Part shown: in pieces, positions 49,889 through 58,892 of the stretch | Layout: the number at the start of each line of letters is the position of its first letter | Position numbering within the stretch: the stretch's first letter is position 1 | Assembly: GCA_050246635.1 (NCBI GenBank) | Contig: JBFWVR010000002.1 | Location: 145,905 to 209,904, forward strand | DNA length: 64,000 nt | DNA from: Vicinamibacterales bacterium | GTDB taxonomy: Bacteria; Acidobacteriota; Vicinamibacteria; Vicinamibacterales; UBA2999 | Direction of reading: 5' to 3' | Notes under the pieces: generated by a model | The model's input: the letters and a program-made list of their open reading frames with translations, nothing else | What the model was told of the DNA's origin: nothing | The model's database searches: none | Translations under genes and position numbers: made by a program

Positions 49889-52800
49889 CAGAAGGTGATC
49901 CTCTTGCGGACCTCGAGCGCGTAGGTGCGGTCCTCGTTCTGCGAGAGCACCCAGGCGAGGCTGTCGCTCTGGTCGAACTCCAGCAGGATGATCTCGTCGC
50001 GGATGGAGGACGAGAGGCTGCGGGCGTAGGTCAGGTAGATGCGATCCGAGATCCGCTTGCCGATCGTGACGCGGGCCGCCGGGTTCACGTTGAGCTGCGA
50101 CGACTGCTGGTACGGATCGACGAGCAGCGGCGTGATCTGGAACGTGTCCACGCCAAAGGTCTCCTCGACCACCTTGCCCACCTCGTTCGACAGCGCCCCG
50201 GTGAGGGCGCGCGTGGCGCGGGCCTGCAGCAGGTCCTGCTCACGCTGGTTCGGCGTGCGCAGCGAGGCCAGCTCCGCGTCGCCGCTCGGCGCCGTGTCGC
50301 TGAAGAGCAGCGTGAGGATGTCGACCGGCGCCAGCGGGGGGTCGGAGGTGAACTCCGGCTGGAGCCGCTCGGTCGTGCCCGCCATGCGCAGCGTCACCCG
50401 GTAGGTCTGGCCGGGCACCCGCACGCGCGTCTCGGCCTCGACGTCGAAGAAGGGCTGGATGCGGTTCGGGTTCGTGAAGTCGAGGCTGCCGCGCAGCACC
50501 ACGTACCGGCGCCCCTCGAACTCCACGTCCCCGCGGACGATGTCGGCGCGCCCGAAGAGCAGCGGGCGATCGAACGTGCCGCGCAGGTTCAGGTCCGCCG
50601 AGGCCACGATGTGCGCCTGGTCGTTGTCGATGCGCAGGCTGGACGGGGCCAGGATGCGGACGTCGTACCGCACCGGCAGCGTCGGCGCCGCCGCGACCGC
50701 GCCTTCCGGCACCGGCACACCCGTCTCCTCCGCCGAGATCCCCAGCAGGCTGCTCGTCGCGCCGGCCGTGCCCGACCAGGTGGCCGTCTGCACCGTCACC
50801 GTGCCGGTCAGCACCGGGCTCTCGGCCGGGCCCTGCAGCGCCAGGTCGGCGTCGACGACCGACCGCATGCCCTCCGGGAAACGCAGCCGCATGTCCTCGG
50901 CGTCCACCGTGACGTCGAACTCGCCGAGCTGGTAGCCACTGATCCCCACCCGCCCGCCGAACCGCACGTCGCCCCCGCCGAGCCGGCCCGTGAGGCCGTC
51001 CAGCCGCAGGCCGGCGGCGTTGAACGTGACAATGCCGTTGAGGTTCTCGAGCGCGTGCGGGAACGAGAAGTGGCGCAGCCGCCCGTCCGACACGAGCGCG
51101 TTGCCCGAGACGACCGGGCGATCGATTGGTCCCTCGATCGCGGCCGACACCTCCGCCCGACCCGAGCTGCGCACGTCGGGCAGGAAACCCTGGAGCACCG
51201 CGAGGTTGGCCGCGCCGCCCGCGCGAAGCGACATGACCGTGTCGGGCAGGTTCACCGAGCCGGTCAGGTCGAGCTCGGTGTCCTCGCCGACGAGCCGCAG
51301 CGCCGCCACGCGCAGCACCTGCCGGTCCACCGCGAGCCGGATCGGCCCGGCGTTGCGCAGCCGGTAGTCGTAGAACTGCAGGTCGACCTGCTCCACCGTC
51401 GTGTCGACACGGAGCGCGTCGGGATTGTAGAGCTCACCCACCACGCGGATCGTGCCGGACGCGACGGCCGTCGTGAACGGCGACAGCTCGGGGTCGAACG
51501 CGCGCACGTACGGGTCGAGCGACGTGTCGGTCACGCGGAACGACATCTCCGCGTCGCCTTCGTCCGTCATCGCCATGCGCCCCGTGCCCGACACCGTCAG
51601 CCGCGGTGACGCGGCCTCGACCTCGAAGTTCAGCAGCGCGTCGCGCACCGTCATGCGGCCCGTCACCTGGCCGATGCCCTCGGATCCGAAGAACAGGTCC
51701 CGCACGCTGATCTTCACGTCATAGCGGGGATCGTCGAAGGTGCCGCTGCCGGCGGCCGTGAAGTCGACCAGGCCGTTGAGCCGCGGGTAGCCCTCGAAGG
51801 CCGTGAGCTCGAGCGTCTCCACCGCGAGGCCACGGCCGTCGGCGTTGAACGAGTAGGTGCCGTTCCAGCCGACGAAGGCCGCGCCGGTGACCGTGCCCCC
51901 GCCCTTCTCCACCTCCATGCCGTCGAGCCGCACGCCGTTGCCCTCGAACCGCAGCGCCGCCGACGCCGTGGCGAACGGCTCGCCGTACGCGACGCCCCGA
52001 TCGATCGTGAGGCGTCCGTAGCCCAGCGGCTGCGTGTAGGCGCCGTAGAGATGGAAGTCACCCGATACCTCGCCGCTGACCGGGTAGTCCTCGAGATCGA
52101 ACGCGTCGAGGAAGTCCTGCACGGGGCGGCCTTCGACGCGGACCCGCGCGTCGATCTCCTCGCCCCCGTCGCTGCGCGGGAAACCCAGCGAGAACTGCCC
52201 GTCCACGCGGATTTCCGATCGCCCGTCGCGGATCACCGTGTTGCTGACGCTCGCATAGGCGTTGTCGATGACGACGTCGCCCGACACGCCGCCCCAGGTG
52301 ACGCCCCACGCGCGCATCGCCTGGGCCTCCATGCGGCCCTCGATACGCGGGCGGCGGAACGCCCCGAGCATCACGCCATCGAAGACCCCGACGCCGTCCA
52401 CCGGGATGGCCCTGGTGTCGGCGCCGAAGGCGGTCATCAGCCCCGCCAGCAGCCGGTCGCTCGCCTGCCAGTTGGTGCTCGTCACGTGGAACGGCAGGCG
52501 CGAGTCCTCGCCCCAGTCGGTCTGGCCCTCGAACGTGATGAACGTGTCGGGCGTCTGCACCACGCTCGGCCCGATGGCAATGCCGTCCTCGTCGAACGTG
52601 TAGGCCATGCCGCCGCCGATCGGCACGGGCCGCCGCGGGGTGTGGTTGCTGAAGGGGCCGTAGATGTCGGACCGTGCCCGCGCCACGTCGGCCGCGCCGG
52701 CGGCAAGCTGCCGTCCCGCGAGTCGCGCCCCGGCAGGTGCCGACACCGCAATCCGGCCGCCGCCCGATCGCTGGTCCCAGTGGCCAAGGGGCCACTCCAG

Positions 52801-53961
52801 CAGGTTGTCGCCCGAGGCCAGCCCCGCGAGCCGGATGCCACGCACCTCCAGCACGTTCGTGAGGCGCGTGAGATCCACGTCCGCGTAGTCCACCTGCAGG
52901 TGCGACACGGCCGGCTGGTCCGGATCGCCGATGGGCGCCATGCGGTAGCTGAACGCCGTGCGCCCGCCATAGAAGCCGGACTCGGCGTGCGTCACCTCGA
53001 AGCGCTCCGGCAGCCACACGAGCGAGCCACGCAGGTCGGGGAACCGGAACTCGTTGAGCCCCGCCTCCGCGCTCGTGAAGTCGCCGGTGAGCTCCCGCCC
53101 CCCCTTGAAGAGGTGGAAGACGCCGGTGAACTCGCCCGTGCCCGCGAGCGAGAACGTCTCGTTCGCCCAGAACAGCTCCCGCATGCGCGGGAAGTCGATC
53201 TCGGAGTGGTGAATCCGGTAGGTCTGCTCCGGCCAGTGCGCGAGGTCGACCGTGCCCGTGAGATCGGTCGTCGCGCCGTCGGTCTCGAGCGCGATCTTCT
53301 CGAGCACCACCTGTCCGCCGTCGATGCGGAAGGTGGTCTGCATGTTGGCCCACATCGGGACGAAGTCCTGGATGTGGATCGTGCCACCCGAGAAGGACGC
53401 GGTGCCGCGATACCCGCCGAGTTTGCCGACCGTCACGTCGAGATTCGGCGCCGTGACGCCCCACGGCGCGCCGTGGTCCTCGAAGACGAACTCGCCGCGA
53501 TACGCGTGCACGTACTGGAGCGTCGTGACCACCACCGGCGGGCCCTTGCGTGGCTCGCGTGGCGGGCCGTTCACGCGCGGCCAGGTGTGGCGGCCGCCCT
53601 CGAAGGTCTCGACGACCATCGTCCAGTCGGTCATCTCGATGCTGTCGAGCAGGATCTCGCGGTGGAAGAGGGCGCCCCAGGTCAGGGACACCTCGATGTG
53701 GCCCGCGGTGAGCCAGGGCCGCGCGTCGGGCGTGAGGCCCTCGACGACGAGGTCCTCCACGACGAAGCGGCCGGACGCGAGGTGGATGCCCAGCCGGCCG
53801 ATGTGCATCGGCCGGTCGAGCCAGTTGGATCCGGCGCGCTCGGCGCGCGCCCTGAGCGACGGGCCCAGGTCGACCGTGATCGTCGTCACGAGGGCGACGG
53901 CAATCACGACCGCCACCACAATGACAATCGCGCGGACGTGGCGGTAGGCCGCGCGCAGCAC
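49888..53961 (-). CDS. tamB: Translocation and assembly module protein TamB (AsmA-like, DUF490)
   Basis: 1357 aa. N-terminal anchor AIVIVVAVVIAVALVTTI, long beta-rich body, DUF490-like C-terminus (RVTIGKRISDRIYLTYARSL...ALEVRKRITF). GTG start 4 nt after the BCCP stop. Confidence 0.8.
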   Translation of the reverse strand: MLRAAYRHVRAIVIVVAVVIAVALVTTITVDLGPSLRARAERAGSNWLDRPMHIGRLGIHLASGRFVVEDLVVEGLTPDARPWLTAGHIEVSLTWGALFHREILLDSIEMTDWTMVVETFEGGRHTWPRVNGPPREPRKGPPVVVTTLQYVHAYRGEFVFEDHGAPWGVTAPNLDVTVGKLGGYRGTASFSGGTIHIQDFVPMWANMQTTFRIDGGQVVLEKIALETDGATTDLTGTVDLAHWPEQTYRIHHSEIDFPRMRELFWANETFSLAGTGEFTGVFHLFKGGRELTGDFTSAEAGLNEFRFPDLRGSLVWLPERFEVTHAESGFYGGRTAFSYRMAPIGDPDQPAVSHLQVDYADVDLTRLTNVLEVRGIRLAGLASGDNLLEWPLGHWDQRSGGGRIAVSAPAGARLAGRQLAAGAADVARARSDIYGPFSNHTPRRPVPIGGGMAYTFDEDGIAIGPSVVQTPDTFITFEGQTDWGEDSRLPFHVTSTNWQASDRLLAGLMTAFGADTRAIPVDGVGVFDGVMLGAFRRPRIEGRMEAQAMRAWGVTWGGVSGDVVIDNAYASVSNTVIRDGRSEIRVDGQFSLGFPRSDGGEEIDARVRVEGRPVQDFLDAFDLEDYPVSGEVSGDFHLYGAYTQPLGYGRLTIDRGVAYGEPFATASAALRFEGNGVRLDGMEVEKGGGTVTGAAFVGWNGTYSFNADGRGLAVETLELTAFEGYPRLNGLVDFTAAGSGTFDDPRYDVKISVRDLFFGSEGIGQVTGRMTVRDALLNFEVEAASPRLTVSGTGRMAMTDEGDAEMSFRVTDTSLDPYVRAFDPELSPFTTAVASGTIRVVGELYNPDALRVDTTVEQVDLQFYDYRLRNAGPIRLAVDRQVLRVAALRLVGEDTELDLTGSVNLPDTVMSLRAGGAANLAVLQGFLPDVRSSGRAEVSAAIEGPIDRPVVSGNALVSDGRLRHFSFPHALENLNGIVTFNAAGLRLDGLTGRLGGGDVRFGGRVGISGYQLGEFDVTVDAEDMRLRFPEGMRSVVDADLALQGPAESPVLTGTVTVQTATWSGTAGATSSLLGISAEETGVPVPEGAVAAAPTLPVRYDVRILAPSSLRIDNDQAHIVASADLNLRGTFDRPLLFGRADIVRGDVEFEGRRYVVLRGSLDFTNPNRIQPFFDVEAETRVRVPGQTYRVTLRMAGTTERLQPEFTSDPPLAPVDILTLLFSDTAPSGDAELASLRTPNQREQDLLQARATRALTGALSNEVGKVVEETFGVDTFQITPLLVDPYQQSSQLNVNPAARVTIGKRISDRIYLTYARSLSSSIRDEIILLEFDQSDSLAWVLSQNEDRTYALEVRKRITF

Positions 53962-53965
53962 GAGC

Positions 53966-54556
53966 CTACTCCACGACCACCAGGACCGTACCTGCCTCGA
54001 CCGACTGCCCCTCGGTCGCGTGGACCTCGCGCACCCGGCCCTCTCGCACGGCCTTCAGCTCGTTTTCCATCTTCATGGCTTCGACGACGACGAGGCCCTG
54101 TTTGGCCTTCACCTCGTCGCCCGCCGCCACGAGCACCCGCACCACCTTGCCGGGCATCGGCGCCGTCACGCGCTGCGGCCCGCTCCCCGCCGCGCCGCCC
54201 GCGTCCCGGCCACGCCGGCCCAGCCCGGCCGTCCGCACCGAGAGCGGCACGGTGACCCCGTTCACGTGGACGTCGAACCGGCCCGGCTCACGCTGCGGCA
54301 CGAGCGAGGCCTCGACCCGCCGCGTCGGCACGATCTCATCTGTGCCATCTGTCCCATCTGTGGCCCCAGTGGCATCTGTGCCATCTGTGCCATCTGTGGC
54401 CCCTGTGGCCCCGAGCAGCAGCGACCAGTCGGCGCCGCCGAGCGCCCGTGCGTCCACGACATGCCGCGCGCCGTCCACCACGACGACGAAGCGGTCGCCC
54501 TCACGCGTCACCACGACGGTGCGTGTCTTCTCCCCGGCGTCGATCTGCACCTGCAT
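53966..54556 (-). CDS. Biotin carboxyl carrier (biotinyl/lipoyl domain) protein
   Basis: C-terminal [14 protein letters not shown]...[16 protein letters not shown] (biotinyl-Lys motif). Atypical N-terminal domain. An internal (TDG/ATG) tract is encoded by the 9-mer array. Confidence 0.8.
   Translation of the reverse strand: MQVQIDAGEKTRTVVVTREGDRFVVVVDGARHVVDARALGGADWSLLLGATGATDGTDGTDATGATDGTDGTDEIVPTRRVEASLVPQREPGRFDVHVNGVTVPLSVRTAGLGRRGRDAGGAAGSGPQRVTAPMPGKVVRVLVAAGDEVKAKQGLVVVEAMKMENELKAVREGRVREVHATEGQSVEAGTVLVVVE
54337..54408. repeat. 9-mer tandem repeat CATCTGTGS x8, inside coding sequence
   Basis: CATCTGTGC CATCTGTCC CATCTGTGG CCCCAGTGG CATCTGTGC CATCTGTGC CATCTGTGG CCCCTGTGG. On the minus strand it is in frame as [25 protein letters not shown]. 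Confidence 0.9.
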
Positions 54557-56070
54557 CAGCGGAGTCCCTCGGCGCGGGCCGCGGCCCTCCAGCGGCTGGG
54601 TGGCGGCGCGGTGGCGGCGGGCGCCGCCTGCCGGGTGAAGCAGTGGATGGCGGCGGCGATGACCGCGGCCTGCTCGTCGGCGGGGCCGACGGGCCGCAGG
54701 GGCTCGCCGTTGCGGCCGCCGAGCTTGCGGTCGATGAAGGTCGTGTCGAACCGGGCGGCCAGGAAGTCCTCGTCACCGAGCACCCACTGGAAGAACGGGA
54801 TCGTGGTGCGGATGCCGTGGACCTCGTACTCGGCCAGCGCCCGGCGCATGCGCGCCAGCGCGTGTGGCCGGTCCTCGCCCCAGGTGATGAGCTTCGAGAT
54901 CATCGGGTCGTAGAAGATCGGCACTTCCCCGCCGGCGTAGGCCGCGCTGTCGTCTCGCACGCCCGGCCCCTGCGGCACCCGCAGCCCCTGGATGCGCCCG
55001 GGGGACGGCAGGAAGTTGTTGTCGGGATCCTCCGCGTACACGCGGCACTCGATGGCGTGGCCGTTCGGCACCAGCAAGGCGGCGGGGTCGAGATCGAGCG
55101 GCTCGCCGCGCGCGATGCGGATCTGCCACTGCACCAGGTCCACGCCGCTCACCATCTCGGTGATGGGGTGCTCGACCTGGAGCCGCGTGTTCATCTCGAG
55201 GAAGTAGAAGCTGCCGTCCTCGTCCAGCAGGAACTCGATGGTCCCCGCGTTCGTGTACCCGACGGTCTTCGCCACGGCCGCGGCGGCCGACGTCATGGCC
55301 TGCCGGATCTCGGGAGTGACGGCCAGTGAAGGGCTCTCCTCGATGACCTTCTGGTGCCGCCGCTGGATCGAGCACTCACGCTCCACGAACGGCAGCACGG
55401 TGCCGTGGTGATCGCCGAGCAGCTGCACCTCGATGTGACGCGGCTTCAGGATCCGCCGCTCGAGGTAGACCGCCGAGTCGCCAAAGGCGGAGCCCGCCTC
55501 GGACCGCGCGGCACGCAGCGAGCCCGGCAGCTCGTCGGGCGCGCTCACCATGCGCATGCCCTTGCCACCACCGCCCGCGACCGCCTTGAGCATCAGCGGA
55601 TAGCCGATGCTCTCGGCAATCTTCAGGACCTCGGCTTCGGGGACGTCGTCGCCGAGCGGCTCCTCGGTGCCCGGCACGACCGGCACGCCTGCCTTGATGG
55701 CGGCCTGGCGCGCGGCGGTCTTGCTGCCCATGAGGGTGATCGCCTCGGGCGAGGGACCGATGAAGGTGAGGCCCGCGTCGCGGCAGGCGGCGGCGAAGTC
55801 CTCGTTCTCGGCGAGGAACCCGTAGCCCGGGTGCACGGCGTCGGCGCCGCTCTTCTTCGCGACGTCGAGGATCTTGTCGATCCGGAGGTAACTTTCGCGC
55901 GGCGCGCTGGGGCCGACGGGCCAGGCCTCGTCCGCCAGCCGGACGTGGAGGGCGGCGCGGTCGCATTCGGAGTAGACGGCGACGGTCGCGATGCCCATGT
56001 CGCGGCAGGCCCGGATCACCCGTACGGCAATCTCGCCGCGGTTCGCGATGAGAATCTTCGTTATCGGCAC
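54556..56070 (-). CDS. accC: Acetyl/acyl-CoA carboxylase, biotin carboxylase subunit
   Basis: [30 protein letters not shown]-grasp [22 protein letters not shown]. The stop overlaps the BCCP ATG by 1 nt. Confidence 0.92.
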   Translation of the reverse strand: MPITKILIANRGEIAVRVIRACRDMGIATVAVYSECDRAALHVRLADEAWPVGPSAPRESYLRIDKILDVAKKSGADAVHPGYGFLAENEDFAAACRDAGLTFIGPSPEAITLMGSKTAARQAAIKAGVPVVPGTEEPLGDDVPEAEVLKIAESIGYPLMLKAVAGGGGKGMRMVSAPDELPGSLRAARSEAGSAFGDSAVYLERRILKPRHIEVQLLGDHHGTVLPFVERECSIQRRHQKVIEESPSLAVTPEIRQAMTSAAAAVAKTVGYTNAGTIEFLLDEDGSFYFLEMNTRLQVEHPITEMVSGVDLVQWQIRIARGEPLDLDPAALLVPNGHAIECRVYAEDPDNNFLPSPGRIQGLRVPQGPGVRDDSAAYAGGEVPIFYDPMISKLITWGEDRPHALARMRRALAEYEVHGIRTTIPFFQWVLGDEDFLAARFDTTFIDRKLGGRNGEPLRPVGPADEQAAVIAAAIHCFTRQAAPAATAPPPSRWRAAARAEGLR

Positions 56071-56162
56071 GATATCTTTAGGATTCTAGCACTTACGGGA
56101 GGGGGGCGAACGGGAGGGGGCGGGGCCGCCGGGCAGCGGCCCCCTGGGTGGCGGGCCGCCGG

Positions 56163-57518
56163 CTAGTGCTTGTACCGGGCGTCCATGAACTGGTAGTAGA
56201 TGAACCCGTAGCGGTTGAACCAGTCGGGGTTGTCGAAATACTCCGCCTCGCACGCCGCGACGTCGTCCAGCGCCCGCCGGAGCGAGCCCATCATGTCCTG
56301 CCGCTTGCTCTCGTAGGTGCGCTCGAAGCCCGCCAGTTGCTGGACGATCCCCCCGCGCTGCGACTGCCAGGCCAGGCCGCTCACGCCGTGGATGCCCGAG
56401 ACGTTGTCGCCGAACGCCAGCGCGGCCGTGGTGTAGCGGCGCGTGCTCTCGCCAATCGCGCGCAGCCGCTCGAGGAGCAGCATCATGCCCTGCAGCTTTC
56501 CCTGCGCCTGCTGGTAACACGCGGCGCAGCCCGCCGCGTTGTCGGTCATGGCGCAGCCGACGGGCAGGTCGGGCATGCCGTCGGGATTGAGGTCCGGCGT
56601 GTAGCCCGCGTCCTCGTTCGAGAACGCGTCGGAGGCCTCCCAGAACTCGCGCGCCGCCCGCCCGAGCCCCGCCGCGGTGTTGATGGCCTCGAATGGACGC
56701 GAGGCGTTCTCGTACCGGCTGAACTCGTCGTCGAACCGATCGAGGCTGCGATTCCAGGGGCTGTTGGGATTGTGGATCTGGTTCCACGTGCGCTCGACGG
56801 CCGTGCGGGGCGGCAACGCGCCGCGCGGCAGGCTCGACGGCGGAGGGATGGGCGCCGGCGGCCCGCCGCCGAGCACCGTCGTCCCGCCGCCCTGCGCCGC
56901 GACCGCGCCGCCTGAACAGACGACCGCGAGCAGGATCGCCGCCGCGGCCGCGGGTCCGCTCCGCCGCCGCAGGACGAAGAGGGCGGCGACGGCCAGCAGC
57001 AGCACGGCGCCGGCGCCGAGTACCCACGTCATCCATCCCCCGGAGGCCGGAGCCTGCGTCTCGAGGATCGGCGCCATCTCCGGCGTCACGTCGTCGCCGA
57101 CCCAGGCGGCGAGCAACACGTGGACGGGCTCGTCGCCCTCGGGCTGGAGCGTGATGCGGATGTCACCCTGCGTGTGCAGCGCGAACGCGGTCGCCCCGTC
57201 GCTGGTGGTCTGCTCGCGGATGGTCTCGTCCCACCGGTCGCGCCCGAGCACGACCTTCACGCGGTCGTCCTCTCGCGCCGTCGCGACCGCAAGCGCCACC
57301 GGCTGGAGGATGTTGATCTCGGGCAGCAGGAACCGCATGCCGACGCGATCGACCATCGCCTCGGCGAAGACGACCTTGCCGTTGTGCACGGCCGGATCTG
57401 CCTTCGGCGCCAACCCGAAGGCGGGGACGTCCTGGGCGTACGCGGCGGTGGCCGTCAGGACGGCACAGACGACCAACGAGCACACACGCGCGAGACGCGC
57501 GAAAGGGACACGGGGCAT
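56163..57518 (-). CDS. Hypothetical membrane protein (signal peptide, two central TM helices, Cys-containing C-terminal domain)
   Basis: ATG at 57518. MPRVPFARLARVCSLVVCAVLTATAAYA. TM helices WMTWVLGAGAVLLLAVAALFVL and AAAAILLAVVCSGGAVAA. C-terminal domain with CAMTDNAAGCAAC. I recognise no family. Confidence 0.55.
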   Translation of the reverse strand: MPRVPFARLARVCSLVVCAVLTATAAYAQDVPAFGLAPKADPAVHNGKVVFAEAMVDRVGMRFLLPEINILQPVALAVATAREDDRVKVVLGRDRWDETIREQTTSDGATAFALHTQGDIRITLQPEGDEPVHVLLAAWVGDDVTPEMAPILETQAPASGGWMTWVLGAGAVLLLAVAALFVLRRRSGPAAAAAILLAVVCSGGAVAAQGGGTTVLGGGPPAPIPPPSSLPRGALPPRTAVERTWNQIHNPNSPWNRSLDRFDDEFSRYENASRPFEAINTAAGLGRAAREFWEASDAFSNEDAGYTPDLNPDGMPDLPVGCAMTDNAAGCAACYQQAQGKLQGMMLLLERLRAIGESTRRYTTAALAFGDNVSGIHGVSGLAWQSQRGGIVQQLAGFERTYESKRQDMMGSLRRALDDVAACEAEYFDNPDWFNRYGFIYYQFMDARYKH

Positions 57519-57630
57519 CGGCTTTGCCTTTCGGCGGGGGGAGCCGCTGCGGGGGATGAGCGACCTTATTGTGTGGGGAGGGAGGTTGTCAACAGAGGGA
57601 GCGGTAGCTCGCCAGCAACCGCGGCCACAC

Positions 57631-57666
57631 ACACCGAAGACACTGAACACACCGAACACACTGAAA
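57631..57666. repeat. 9-mer repeat, short inverted arm (ACACCGAAG ACACTGAAC ACACCGAAC ACACTGAAA)
   Basis: Four units, reverse complement of the 57796-57925 units. Same family as 4405-4431. Confidence 0.85.
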
Positions 57667-57795
57667 AGGCCAGGCCAGGGAAGCCACCGGTACGGGACGA
57701 ACGCAACCGCGCCTGTCCACTCCGGGCACGTCCGGGACCCCCGAGACCGCTTTCCCGAGGCCCGCCTTGCCGTCGTTCCCACCCCTGCGACCTTG

Positions 57796-57925
57796 ATGTC
57801 CTCAGTGTCCTCAGTGTCCTCAGTGTATTCAGTGTGTTCAGTGTATTCAGTGTATTCAGTGTGTTCAGTGTGTTCAGTGTGTTCAGTGTATTCAGTGTGT
57901 TCAGTGTGTTCAGTGTGTTCAGTGG
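57796..57925. repeat. 9-mer tandem repeat GTGTNYTCA x14
   Basis: ATGTCCTCA, GTGTCCTCA x2, then GTGTATTCA/GTGTGTTCA units in strict 9-nt register. Ends 44 nt from the DUF1028 stop. Confidence 0.95.
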
Positions 57926-57969
57926 TTGCGATACGGTCGACGTGGAACCGCCTCTCGACGCCCCGGACG

Positions 57970-58854
57970 CTACTGCTGCGGCTTGTAGAGCGTCGGCCCC
58001 GGCCGCTCCGTCCGCGGCGATCCCGACCGCACCCAGGCGTCGTACCGCATGCGCAGCGTCTTGACGGGATTGGCGCTCTCTCCCGGCTTGGTGTTCTCGT
58101 CGGTGACGCTGATGTAGGCGTAGTAGTCGCCGTCGTTGTGGGTCACGCCCGGCTTGTCGCCCTTGTCGGCAATCGTGATGTAGGCGACGTGCGCGGTCTT
58201 GTCGTCGCAGGGCACGAAGTCGAGCGGGTTGTTGCCGCAGTTGCAGCGGTGGTCGCCGCCGTTGGCATCGGCCGCCTCCATCGCCGCCATCACGCGGTCG
58301 GCCATGGTGCCGCTGGCGCGGGTGAAGGCCAGCGCGGCCTTGTGCACGACCTGGTCACCGAGCAGCGTGTTGCCCTGCACCTGGTAATAGATGTCGCCGA
58401 CCTGGCCGCCGAAGTAGAGCGACGAGACCGAGTTGCCACTGCCGTTGAAGCCCGCGCGGTTGTTGCGTGAGGTGATCGTCTCGCCTCGCGGAATCGACAC
58501 GATGCCGAACTGGCGCCGCTCGACGTTGGGATCCTTCTTCAGCATCTCGATGATGTCGGCCGGCGGCGTGCCCTTCTGGATCTCGTTGTAGACGAGCATC
58601 TGGTTCTGGCGGGTGTTGTCGACGCCGGCCTGGCAGGCCGCGACGCCGACGCCCGGCACGATCACCGCCTGGACGTCCATCAGGTCACGCGCGGCGTTCG
58701 GCTGGCGCGACGGGAACCCCGCCTGCCGCACGCAGGTGGCCGATGCGATGATCACCTGCCCGGTGCGGGCGTTGACGGCGATCACCGACCAGGTCGCGTA
58801 CGCCGCGGAGTGGGCCGCGAGCACGAAGGTCAGGGCGAGCACGATCCTCTTCAT
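57970..58854 (-). CDS. Secreted DUF1028 (Ntn-hydrolase-fold) protein
   Basis: Signal MKRIVLALTFVLAAHSAAYA is followed directly by TWSVIAV, which would expose an N-terminal Thr as in DUF1028/Ntn hydrolases. Confidence 0.65.
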   Translation of the reverse strand: MKRIVLALTFVLAAHSAAYATWSVIAVNARTGQVIIASATCVRQAGFPSRQPNAARDLMDVQAVIVPGVGVAACQAGVDNTRQNQMLVYNEIQKGTPPADIIEMLKKDPNVERRQFGIVSIPRGETITSRNNRAGFNGSGNSVSSLYFGGQVGDIYYQVQGNTLLGDQVVHKAALAFTRASGTMADRVMAAMEAADANGGDHRCNCGNNPLDFVPCDDKTAHVAYITIADKGDKPGVTHNDGDYYAYISVTDENTKPGESANPVKTLRMRYDAWVRSGSPRTERPGPTLYKPQQ

Positions 58855-58892
58855 CCAGTCCTCCTCAGGGAGCCGCCCGACACACGGGGCGA

